A DNA stretch of 32,000 nucleotides, from NCBI RefSeq assembly GCF_001481685.1, contig NZ_CP006867.1, positions 1,080,001-1,112,000 of the forward strand. Reading direction: 5' to 3'. Of this stretch, positions 22,752 to 31,266 are shown piece by piece. Origin of the DNA: Ignicoccus islandicus DSM 13165. Its GTDB lineage: Archaea > Thermoproteota > Thermoprotei_A > Sulfolobales > Ignicoccaceae. Both the position numbers and the translations under genes were made by a program. The number at the start of each line of letters is the position of its first letter. The first letter of the stretch is position 1. The notes beneath the pieces were generated by a model. That model was not told the DNA's origin. It ran no database searches and was given only the letters and a program-made list of their open reading frames with translations.

Positions 22752-23773
22752 AGGGGCATTGGAATTGCATGGAAGCCCCTTAATCGGAGCTTGGAAGCGA
22801 AAGAGGTCGCGAAGTTCGATCGCGATGCATCAACGATAACTAGTTTGGGTCTGCTCTCCTCTACGTAGTACATGGTGCCGTTGAAATCGGCGTGATCGCT
22901 GAAGGCAACTATCCATCGGTTATCGCTTACCTTCAATCTAACCGAATTTACCAACCACCCGTCTAACCTAATGTGAATCCAGTTCTCGTTCGAGCATTTA
23001 TGCCACTTATTGTAGTGATCGAACTCAATGAACTGACCGCCCTTAACTAACTCGGAGTACGTATCGGATTCTTTAAGTACGAGGTCACCGAAGCTGTAAC
23101 CGTGCCTCTCTAGGGCTTTGCTTAGCTTGTAGATCTTGTTAGGAGCAACGAAGGGTTCCTTAACGTTGTACTCCCGTAAGAGTTGCATTACTTCTTGTAT
23201 CTTCCCGTGATAAGCGTAAATTTTAACTGGCCTACCTAAAGAGAGGGCGTATTCTATTAATTCTATTAGCGATTCCAGTACCTCGTTCTGACTGGGCCTA
23301 ACGTACTTCGGGTGACCGTAAGTTGCATCTATTATTAATACGTCGAGGTCTTCGACGATGGGCGTTCCGGATCCGGGATTCTTGAAGTCACCGGTATAGA
23401 GAGCCCTGAAGCCCTTATCGTTCTCTAATAAGACTTGAACGGAACCGGGTATGTGTTCGGCCCTAACGAAAGTTAGGGTCTCGTCCTCACCGACCCGGAA
23501 CCTCTCACCAATCCTTAACGCTCTAAGCTTAGAAAGGGGGATTCTTTTCCCATATAGTACCTTCAGCATGTCTATGGTCTCCGGCGTCGCTATAATTGCG
23601 CCTTGCGTTCCAATGCTCTTGTTCAAGTCTACAGTATGGTCGCTGTGAGCGTGCGTCACTACTCTGTACTTCCTTCGAGGTATGAAGCCGTCTACGGAGG
23701 TGTACTTGCCTAGGGCAATGGCCATGTTCGACCTTACTGACGAGTTCTCTATCAGTCTCTGTGGTAAATTCAT
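22748..23773 (-). CDS. Metallo-beta-lactamase-fold beta-CASP nuclease (short form)
   Basis: 341 aa. MBL motifs THAHSDHT, AEHIPGS, YTGDF. beta-CASP motif A IIDATYG and motif B FSDHAD. No HGE-type motif C is visible near the C-terminus (KLVIVDASRSN). 4-nt convergent overlap with the MgtE-like gene. Confidence 0.7.
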   Translation of the reverse strand: MNLPQRLIENSSVRSNMAIALGKYTSVDGFIPRRKYRVVTHAHSDHTVDLNKSIGTQGAIIATPETIDMLKVLYGKRIPLSKLRALRIGERFRVGEDETLTFVRAEHIPGSVQVLLENDKGFRALYTGDFKNPGSGTPIVEDLDVLIIDATYGHPKYVRPSQNEVLESLIELIEYALSLGRPVKIYAYHGKIQEVMQLLREYNVKEPFVAPNKIYKLSKALERHGYSFGDLVLKESDTYSELVKGGQFIEFDHYNKWHKCSNENWIHIRLDGWLVNSVRLKVSDNRWIVAFSDHADFNGTMYYVEESRPKLVIVDASRSNFATSFASKLRLRGFHAIPMPL

Positions 23774-23890
23774 CTCGCTTCAACTAGAGAGATCGCTTGG
23801 GAGATTGATAAGAGCTCCCTGAAGCTCGAAAATTTCGCGCTCTTTCCATTTATTCGCTTACCGAACATGGGACGTATAGGACGTTAACCA

Positions 23891-25969
23891 ATGGAACTCC
23901 CACCAGACGTAAAAGCGTGGTTAGAGGGTAGGGGCATAACGGATCTTTACCCAATACAGAAGAAAGCGGTAGAAGCGGGGTTATTCAAAGGTCATTCCTT
24001 ACTCGTTTCAGCGCCAACCGGTTCCGGGAAAACTCTGGTTGCTGAAATGGCTATAGCCAACGCACTGTTCGAAGGAAAGAAAGCTATCTACTTAGTGCCG
24101 TTGAGGAGCTTGGCTTTCGAGAAACTAAGGAGCCTGAGAAAGGGCTTTGAGGGATGGAAAATAGAAGTTAGCGTTGGCGACTATCACAAGCCTCAATTAG
24201 GAGATTTCGACGTACTAATAGCTACTTACGAGAGGATGGATTCTATTCTAAGGCACTCAACCAGTTCTATAAGTGAAGTGGGAGTGGTAGTAGTAGACGA
24301 AGTACACTACGTTGACGATGAGGACAGGGGACCAACGCTCGAAGTAGTAATAACCCAACTGAAGAGGCTTGGGACGCAGCTGATAGCGCTCTCTGCAACT
24401 ATAGGGAACCTCGGAGAGCTCGCTAGGTGGTTAGGGGCAGTACTGGTAGTGGACAACTGGAGGCCAGTTCCGCTTAGAGAGGGAGTGATGAACTCCAAGG
24501 AATACGTAATATGGTTCGAAGACGGCTACGAGGAAGTTCCAAAAAAGACCGGAAAGGCTCCGCTGGACGTAGCCCTCTACAAGCTCAACAAGGGCGAGCA
24601 AGTGCTCTATTTCGCAAAAACGAGGAAGAACGCGGAGAAGGCGGCCGAAGAGGTTGCGAAGGTCTTCAATCGAACGAAGGAATCTCTCGAATGGGCGGAA
24701 CAGCTCAGGCTTGAAGTAGAGGGGGAGTTGGGGGAGAGGCTCTCCCAGTTGGTCTCGAGGGGAGTAGCCTTCCATCACGCCGGCTTAACTAACGAGGCAA
24801 GGGAAATAGTAGAAGAGGCCTTCAGAGCCGGCGTCGTCAAGTTCCTGGCCGCCACTCCAACTCTCGCGGCCGGCGTCAACTTACCAGCTAAAACCGTTGT
24901 TATTGAGAGCGCGTATCGATTTGAATTAGAGAAGGGTTCCGTACCAATCAAAGTCTCTGAGTATAAGCAAATGGCTGGAAGGGCGGGAAGGCCCGGCCTC
25001 GACAAGGAAGGAACTTCAATTCTAATTGTTAACGGTAACGTAGATCTCTTTTTCGAAAGGTACGTTAAAGGGTTTCCCGAAGACGTAGAGAGCTCGTTAG
25101 TTAGACCGAGAGCGCTGCGGAGAGCGATCTTAGGTTTGCTTGCAAGCGGCTTTGCTAGGGACTTGGATGACGCTATAGAGTTCTTCAAGGATACCCTCTA
25201 CGCGATTCAAGTGGAAAGCGTTGTTGAAGTGGAAAGGGAAGTCAAATCGGTCATGAGGTTCCTAAAGAAGAACGGAATGATAGATAGCAGAGGCAGACTC
25301 ACGGAATTCGGAAAGAGGGTGGCCTTGTCGTACGTTGATCCATTGGGCGTAAAGATAGTACTAGACTCGTTGAGGAAGAGAGTCGGGAAGGCCTCGACGC
25401 TCGGCTATCTTCACTTGGTCTCGCTCACCCCAGACATGCCATTAAAGTTCGTTAACAAATGGGAGATGAGGTCCCTAAGCAACGCTCTAAACGAACTGGA
25501 GGTAGACCTAATAGCGAGGGAGGTCGAAGACTTCGATCCGACGATATACTTCTCTGCCTTAAAAACAGCCCTAATTCTTAAGGACTGGGTTAACGAGGTC
25601 CCTGAAGACGAAATATCGAAGAAGTACTCCGTATACCCCGGGGACGTGAGAGTTTACGCCGATACCGCTTCTTGGTTAGTTCACGCTTACTCGGAACTGG
25701 CTAGGTTCAAGGGCATGGATTCTCACTCGAGGGCGTTAGCTTCGCTGGAGATTCGATTGAAGTACGGCGTTCGGGAAGAGTTGGTCGAATTGGTTACCCT
25801 AAAATACATTGGGAGGGCCAGAGCTAGGAAGCTCTGGTTACATGGAATAAGATCCAGAGAGGACCTACTTAATGCTGGGGAAAGGAAGTTAGCTTCGATT
25901 CTGGGCCCGAAAGTTGCCAAGAAGGTTATTGAACAATTGGAGAGGGAACTTAGTTTTAATTTTAAATAG
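23891..25969 (+). CDS. hel308: Hel308/Hjm (Ski2-like) ATP-dependent DNA helicase
   Basis: 692 aa. Q-motif LYPIQ, Walker A APTGSGKT, DEVH box VVDEVHY, SAT, motif VI QMAGRAGRPG, followed by WH, ratchet and HhH-like C-terminal domains. Confidence 0.9.
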   Translation: MELPPDVKAWLEGRGITDLYPIQKKAVEAGLFKGHSLLVSAPTGSGKTLVAEMAIANALFEGKKAIYLVPLRSLAFEKLRSLRKGFEGWKIEVSVGDYHKPQLGDFDVLIATYERMDSILRHSTSSISEVGVVVVDEVHYVDDEDRGPTLEVVITQLKRLGTQLIALSATIGNLGELARWLGAVLVVDNWRPVPLREGVMNSKEYVIWFEDGYEEVPKKTGKAPLDVALYKLNKGEQVLYFAKTRKNAEKAAEEVAKVFNRTKESLEWAEQLRLEVEGELGERLSQLVSRGVAFHHAGLTNEAREIVEEAFRAGVVKFLAATPTLAAGVNLPAKTVVIESAYRFELEKGSVPIKVSEYKQMAGRAGRPGLDKEGTSILIVNGNVDLFFERYVKGFPEDVESSLVRPRALRRAILGLLASGFARDLDDAIEFFKDTLYAIQVESVVEVEREVKSVMRFLKKNGMIDSRGRLTEFGKRVALSYVDPLGVKIVLDSLRKRVGKASTLGYLHLVSLTPDMPLKFVNKWEMRSLSNALNELEVDLIAREVEDFDPTIYFSALKTALILKDWVNEVPEDEISKKYSVYPGDVRVYADTASWLVHAYSELARFKGMDSHSRALASLEIRLKYGVREELVELVTLKYIGRARARKLWLHGIRSREDLLNAGERKLASILGPKVAKKVIEQLERELSFNFK

Positions 25970-25990
25970 CCCTTTACGCTAGAGCGTTGG

Positions 25991-27205
25991 GTGGTGCTTA
26001 TTGTTGAGAACAAGTTATATGACGAAGTAGAATCCCTACCCGAGAGAGTCAGGATCTTCGATACTACTCTAAGGGATGGCGAGCAAACGGCCGGTATAAG
26101 CTTCACGAAGGAACAGAAGCTAATGATTGCTAGGCAATTAGCCAAGTTAGGGGTAGCCAGCATAGAGGCTGGCTTCCCGGCCTCCTCTCCCGGCGAGCTG
26201 GAAGCCGTTAAGGCAATAGCTAACGAGGGCCTAGGCGTTGAAATAGTAGGCCTGGCTAGATCGAATAAGAGAGATATAGACAAGGCACTAGACGCCAACG
26301 TTGACGCAATTCACGTCTTCATTGCAGCGTCAGACATTCACTTAAAGTATAAGTTAAGAATGACGAGGGAGGAAGCCCTTCGAGCCGCGATAGAAGCAGT
26401 AGAGTACGCCAAGGAACATGGTGTAGTGGTCGAATTTAGTCCCGAGGACGCTACCAGAGCCGATCTGAAATACCTCTATACTATGGTAGAAAGCGTTGTG
26501 GATGCCGGGGCGGACAGAGTAGACATACCAGATACAGTAGGCGTTATGACTCCTACCAGGATGAAGTACCTAATAAGATACATATTACCCGCAGCTAAGG
26601 GGAGAATAGTTAGCGTCCATTGTCACAACGACTTCGGTCTCGCGGTGGCCAACAGCATAAGCGGTATCGAAGCTGGCGCTCAACAAGCTCACGTAACTGT
26701 CAACGGAATAGGCGAAAGGGCAGGTAACGCCGCGTTAGAGGAGGTCGTAGCCGCGCTCGAATTTCTACTGAACGTACGAACTGGAGTTAAAACAGAGCTC
26801 CTTTACGAAACTAGCCTGTTGGTTTCGAAGCTATCGGGTATACCGATACCTCCGAACAAGCCTATCGTGGGCGCTAACGCTTTCGCTCACGAATCCGGGA
26901 TCCACGTTCACGGCGTAATAAACAACCCGTTCACCTACGAGCCAATAAGACCTGAAATGGTCGGCCAGAAGAGGAGGATAGTTCTAGGTAAGCACAGTGG
27001 AAGACACGGCGTCGAGCATGCGCTGAAGACCTTAGGGTACCCAACCCATCCGGACCTCGTCCTAGTTGTGTTAAAGAAAGTCAAGGAGTACGGCGACAAG
27101 GGAATGAGGGTTACTGAAGAGGAGTTCCGGAAGATAGTAGAGGAATCTCTAAGGGAATTGGAAGAAAAGGAGGCTAGGGCTGAAGAGATTAAAAAGAACG
27201 TCTAA
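25991..27205 (+). CDS. 2-isopropylmalate synthase / homocitrate synthase / citramalate synthase family enzyme (short form lacking the LeuA regulatory domain)
   Basis: 404 aa, GTG start. RIFDTTLRDGEQ, HCHNDFGLAVANS, GIGERAGNA, HESGIH. Substrate specificity cannot be decided from sequence by eye. Confidence 0.85.
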   Translation: MVLIVENKLYDEVESLPERVRIFDTTLRDGEQTAGISFTKEQKLMIARQLAKLGVASIEAGFPASSPGELEAVKAIANEGLGVEIVGLARSNKRDIDKALDANVDAIHVFIAASDIHLKYKLRMTREEALRAAIEAVEYAKEHGVVVEFSPEDATRADLKYLYTMVESVVDAGADRVDIPDTVGVMTPTRMKYLIRYILPAAKGRIVSVHCHNDFGLAVANSISGIEAGAQQAHVTVNGIGERAGNAALEEVVAALEFLLNVRTGVKTELLYETSLLVSKLSGIPIPPNKPIVGANAFAHESGIHVHGVINNPFTYEPIRPEMVGQKRRIVLGKHSGRHGVEHALKTLGYPTHPDLVLVVLKKVKEYGDKGMRVTEEEFRKIVEESLRELEEKEARAEEIKKNV

Positions 27206-28236
27206 ATTCTTTTGACCACTTCTTCGGCAAACTCCTTGGTCCCCAAGTTACCGCCCAAGTCCCTGGTCTTGAGGCCTTCCTTAAGGGTCTCTTCAATGGC
27301 CCTAACGAGATCTCTCGAGGCTTTGGAACCGTTCCTCAATCCCTTCTTCGCTTCCAACCACTCTAACATCATGGAGGCAGCCAACATAGTCGCTATAGGG
27401 TTAGCTAAGTTCTTTCCAGCTATATCGAAGGCCGCTCCGTGGACCGGTTCGAACAAGGCTCTTTCGTCTCCTACGTTAGCCGAAGGAGATAGGCCCAAGC
27501 TTCCGACTACTTGGGCTGCTAAGTCGGACAATATATCACCAAATACGTTAGGCGTGAGCATTACGTCGAACCTGTGGGGGTTCCTAACTAATTCCATTGC
27601 TGCCGCGTCCACGTACATCTCGTCTACCTCGACGCCTTCCTTCTCCAAGACTTCCCTAGCCACTTCCCTGAACAAACCACACGTTTTCCTCATAACGTTG
27701 GCCTTGTGTATTATAGTTACCTTATTAGACCTCCTTTTAGCGTATTCGGCTGCTACCTTGGAAATTCTACGAACTTCTCTTTCGCTAGTTAGCCTCAAGC
27801 CTACCGCTACTTTCTGTCCTAGGGAAGTTTGAGGAAGGAAGTTCTCTGCACCAATATATAAGTCTTCTATGTTTTCTCGTACTATTATAATGTCTATATT
27901 CTCTTTAAGAGCTGGCACTCCGGGTAAAGTTTTGGCGGGCCTTATGTTAGAGTATAGATCGAGCTCCCTCCTCAATCTAACGATAACGTCGGCCGCAGTT
28001 TCGCCTACTGGACCTTTAAGTATTGCGTCGCTCTGGAGTATTTTCTCGTAGCTTTCCTTAGGAAGCGCTTCCCCGTATTTCTCCTTAGCCCTATCGCCGG
28101 CCTCGACTTCAATGAATTCTATATTAAGCGAATATTTTTCAATTAACTTTTTCAATACTAGTAAGGTAGCTCCAACTACTTCCGGACCTATTCCATCGCC
28201 TTTTATAACTGCGACTTTCACCATTTCTATAACCAT
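27202..28236 (-). CDS. 3-isopropylmalate / homoisocitrate dehydrogenase family enzyme
   Basis: 344 aa. GDGIGPEV, LYSNIRP, IVRENIEDLY, NVFGDILSDLAAQVVGSLGL. Its stop codon overlaps the LeuA-like stop (CTAA read on both strands). Confidence 0.85.
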   Translation of the reverse strand: MVIEMVKVAVIKGDGIGPEVVGATLLVLKKLIEKYSLNIEFIEVEAGDRAKEKYGEALPKESYEKILQSDAILKGPVGETAADVIVRLRRELDLYSNIRPAKTLPGVPALKENIDIIIVRENIEDLYIGAENFLPQTSLGQKVAVGLRLTSEREVRRISKVAAEYAKRRSNKVTIIHKANVMRKTCGLFREVAREVLEKEGVEVDEMYVDAAAMELVRNPHRFDVMLTPNVFGDILSDLAAQVVGSLGLSPSANVGDERALFEPVHGAAFDIAGKNLANPIATMLAASMMLEWLEAKKGLRNGSKASRDLVRAIEETLKEGLKTRDLGGNLGTKEFAEEVVKRI

Positions 28237-28289
28237 AAGGTAAGCCCTTAACGAGCAAATAAGTTTCAGTTCAAATAAGAGATTATGTT

Positions 28290-28295
28290 AAAAAA
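28290..28295 (-). terminator. Oligo-T (T6) tract downstream of the TSP3-repeat gene
   Basis: A6 on the plus strand, which is T6 on the minus strand, 13-18 nt after the TAG at 28308-28310. Confidence 0.4.
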
Positions 28296-28307
28296 CACTC
28301 AAATTTA

Positions 28308-31190
28308 CTACTTCAATGGGGAAATCATAAGAGACATAGAAACGCTTATTGAGGCAGTGTAAGCTCCGGGTTCGAACGGTGCCACGTTACCAGCGAACAA
28401 GCTCTCACCCAAGTTGATTTGAGTAGTACTTCCAACGTTCCTTATTAACGGTAGCTCCATTGATCCAATTAACTCGTTCTTTAATTCTCCTCCATCGTAT
28501 TTCTGTAAGTAGACGTTTAGTGCTACGACCTTTCCATCAACAACCTTAGGCTTCAATACGAACTTTATATCTCTATAGCCTAGAGCAGGGTTCACGTCTA
28601 CCACTTGAACGTCACCGTTCACTTTTAACAACAGCTTCACGTTCACTACAGCATAAGGTTTCTCATCATCTAGGTCGTAGACTACCATTACCGAGTTCTT
28701 TATCTTGGTCTCCACCACGTGTCCAGGAAGTTCTATATCTGCGTAGAGGTTATCTAGGAACTCCGGTGGAATGTTAAATATCTGTTGAAGTTCAACCTTA
28801 ACTATCAGCTCTAAGTTACCGAGTGGCGCTACGTCCACGTTATCAAATACGCCATCTCCGTCAGTATCAGGCCTCAACGGGCTCGTGTGATATACCTTGA
28901 CTTCTTGGTAGTCGGTTAGACCGTCCTTATCAGTATCGTTGCTGAGCGGGTTAGTATGATATTCCACTACTTCCTGATAGTCGGTCAAGTTATCCTTATC
29001 GCTATCTTTAACTAGAGGATCTGTGTGATACCTAACTATCTCCTCGTAGTCAGTTAAACCGTCTTCGTCAGTGTCCTTCTTCAATGGGTCAGTGTGATAT
29101 ACCTTGACTTCTTGGTAATCAGTTAGACCATCACCGTCGGTATCTGGTCTCAATGGATTAGTATGCGATATAGCCAGTTCGTAGTAGTCAGTCAATTCAT
29201 CGCCATCTGTATCGTTCTTCAATGGATCGGTGTGGTATACCTTAACTTCTTGATAATCAGAGAGTTTATCTCCGTCGGAGTCGTTCTTCAAGGGGTTCGT
29301 TCCATATATGACTGCCTCTTGGTAATCAGTTAGTTCGTCTCCATCCGTGTCTTGCTTTAGCGGATCAGTATGGTAAACCTTAACTTCTTGATAGTCGGTT
29401 AGACCATCACCGTCAGTGTCCTTCTGTAATGGGCTAGTGAAGTAAACGAAGAGCTCTTCGTAGTCAGTTAATCCCTCACCGTCAGTGTCGTTCTTCAATG
29501 GGTTGGTTTCATATATGAATATCTCGTCGTAATCAGTAATGTTGTCCCCATCTGTATCCTTCTTCAATGGATTAGTATGGTACTTCACTATTTCATCGTA
29601 GTCAGTTATTTTATCTCCATCAGTATCTGCCAAGGACGGACTGGTATGGTAAACCATTACTTCTTGATAATCAGTAAGCTTATCTCCGTCAGTATCTGGG
29701 TTCAGTGGATCAGTGTGGTAAACCTTGGCCTCTTGGAAGTCCGTTAGTCCGTCGCCATCGGTATCGGGGTCGAGCGGGTTAGTGCCGTATTTGAATATCT
29801 CTTCGTAGTCAGTTAGACCATCGCTATCGGTATCGTTAAGAATGGGCGATGTATGGTATACTGATACTTCTACGTAATCACCGATGCCGTCGCCGTCAGT
29901 ATCTGGACTCAGGGGATTTGTCTTATAAACGAAAACTTCATCGAAATCGCTTAGCCCATCTCCGTCCGAATCAGGCGTTAGGGGGTTTGTCCCGAACGCT
30001 TTAACTTCTTGGTAATCGCTCAATCCGTCTCCGTCCGTGTCTTGGCTCAAGGGATTGGTATGATAGACGAAGAGCTCTTCGTAGTCAGTTAGACCATCGC
30101 TATCGGTATCTGGGTTTATGGGACTCGTGTGGTAAACCTTTACTTCCTCGTAATCGCTTAGACCGTCTCCATCCGTGTCCTTCTTCAACGGGCTCGTGCC
30201 GAAGACGATCAATTCGTTGTAATCGCTTAGCCCATCCCCGTCCGTGTCCTTACTTAAGGGGTTGGTTCCGTAGACCTTTATCTCCTCGTAGTCCGTTAGA
30301 CCGTCCTCGTCGCTGTCCTTCATGAGTGGATTGGTGTGGTAAACCTTGACTTCTTGGTAATCAGTTAGACCGTCCTTATCAGTATCGTTGCTGAGCGGGT
30401 TAGTGCCATATATTTTGACTTCGTCGAAAGCGTTCAAGCCGTCCTTATCGGGGTCAGTTAGACTTACGTTAAGGAAAAGCGCTGCTCCAGAAAGGTCCTT
30501 CGAGAGAAGTATTACGGCGCTGTCTACGTCTTTCGTGACCCAGTATAGTTTCACCGTTACGTTCCCTTTAGTTACGTTAATGTCGTAAACGCGCTTGCTT
30601 AACGGGAAGGCAATTTGCTTCGGACTAATTCCAGCGATTTCGCCGTTCTTTACTACTATGGTAAATAACTTGGGATAGTCGGAAGTCTTAACGTTAAATG
30701 TTAGCAGTAATTTGCCTATGGATGCATATAGGTTCTCTAGAACGTCCCTGAGGTTATTCTCGAAACTGAGTCTAACTGTGGTCGAATTAGTTACGAAGGA
30801 GCATTTCTCTATAGGAACACTTAACTCATTCGTTTGGACGTTCAAAGCCACGTTAAATGTACTGACCGTCTTATTGGCCGCGTTCCTAAGTTCTATCTTC
30901 AAGGCATTACATGGGAATGTGTAGTTGAGTTCCTTCAGTGGTATCTCTAGTTTAATTAAGGTTGAGACGTGATTCAAGGGTACGTAGTATTCCTCGGAAG
31001 TTATACCGCAAGCATCGACCACAACCTTCATGGTAGCAGCGTTCTCTAGGGTTAGAGGTACTGCTACGAACGGCTTCGGGTAATCCTTGGAAATCTCGCA
31101 GATTATAGCGTTAGGTGCGTTTATAGTTGGAAGTTGCATAGCGACGGAGGCAAATATCAGTGCCGAAATTACGAAGACCGTTTTCTTCAA
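28308..31190 (-). CDS. Secreted giant Ca-binding protein with 23 full and 1 partial thrombospondin type 3-like repeats
   Basis: 960 aa, TTG start. Signal peptide MKKTVFVISALIFASVAMQLPTINA. A roughly 220-aa beta-rich, sequon-rich N-domain. Tandem 23-aa units of consensus DTDGDGLTDYQEVKVYHTNPLxx occupy aa 246-792. A 168-aa beta-rich C-domain follows. No C-terminal TM helix. Confidence 0.85.
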   Translation of the reverse strand: MKKTVFVISALIFASVAMQLPTINAPNAIICEISKDYPKPFVAVPLTLENAATMKVVVDACGITSEEYYVPLNHVSTLIKLEIPLKELNYTFPCNALKIELRNAANKTVSTFNVALNVQTNELSVPIEKCSFVTNSTTVRLSFENNLRDVLENLYASIGKLLLTFNVKTSDYPKLFTIVVKNGEIAGISPKQIAFPLSKRVYDINVTKGNVTVKLYWVTKDVDSAVILLSKDLSGAALFLNVSLTDPDKDGLNAFDEVKIYGTNPLSNDTDKDGLTDYQEVKVYHTNPLMKDSDEDGLTDYEEIKVYGTNPLSKDTDGDGLSDYNELIVFGTSPLKKDTDGDGLSDYEEVKVYHTSPINPDTDSDGLTDYEELFVYHTNPLSQDTDGDGLSDYQEVKAFGTNPLTPDSDGDGLSDFDEVFVYKTNPLSPDTDGDGIGDYVEVSVYHTSPILNDTDSDGLTDYEEIFKYGTNPLDPDTDGDGLTDFQEAKVYHTDPLNPDTDGDKLTDYQEVMVYHTSPSLADTDGDKITDYDEIVKYHTNPLKKDTDGDNITDYDEIFIYETNPLKNDTDGEGLTDYEELFVYFTSPLQKDTDGDGLTDYQEVKVYHTDPLKQDTDGDELTDYQEAVIYGTNPLKNDSDGDKLSDYQEVKVYHTDPLKNDTDGDELTDYYELAISHTNPLRPDTDGDGLTDYQEVKVYHTDPLKKDTDEDGLTDYEEIVRYHTDPLVKDSDKDNLTDYQEVVEYHTNPLSNDTDKDGLTDYQEVKVYHTSPLRPDTDGDGVFDNVDVAPLGNLELIVKVELQQIFNIPPEFLDNLYADIELPGHVVETKIKNSVMVVYDLDDEKPYAVVNVKLLLKVNGDVQVVDVNPALGYRDIKFVLKPKVVDGKVVALNVYLQKYDGGELKNELIGSMELPLIRNVGSTTQINLGESLFAGNVAPFEPGAYTASISVSMSLMISPLK
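28815..30455 (-). repeat. In-frame 69-nt tandem coding repeat array (23 full units plus 1 partial)
   Basis: Units enumerated from the translation. Boundaries verified at codon level (D246 = GAC at 30453-30455, N792 = AAC at 28815-28817). Confidence 0.9.
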
Positions 31191-31222
31191 AGCAATTATC
31201 CCGTGAAAAAGAACCAGAGGAC

Positions 31223-31231
31223 TATATTTTT
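31223..31231 (-). promoter_or_regulatory. TATA-like box for the TSP3-repeat gene
   Basis: Minus strand reads GGAAAAATATAGTCC. The box centre lies about 37 nt upstream of the TTG start (31190), implying a short (about 10 nt) leader. Confidence 0.35.
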
Positions 31232-31266
31232 CCTTATCCTCCTTACCGAGTATAACGAGTTTTAAT

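Noticed and set aside
24431-25188. Two minus-strand ORFs (115 and 137 aa), plus the plus-strand 67-aa ORF at 24511..24714
   Set aside because: All lie inside the Hel308 gene, in antisense or alternative frames, and have no recognisable motifs.
25723-26298. 191-aa minus-strand ORF spanning the Hel308 3' end and the LeuA-like 5' end
   Set aside because: It is antisense to two well-supported genes, Ser/Leu/Ala-rich with no motifs, and would cross an intergenic region.
27212-27832. 206-aa plus-strand ORF
   Set aside because: It is antisense within the LeuB-family dehydrogenase gene and has low-complexity Ser/Leu/Thr composition.
28815-30455. 69-nt periodic DNA repeats that could be mistaken for a satellite or CRISPR-like array
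   Set aside because: The periodicity is exactly in frame with a long ORF and encodes a recognisable 23-aa TSP3-like Ca-binding unit. There are no spacer-like unique segments.
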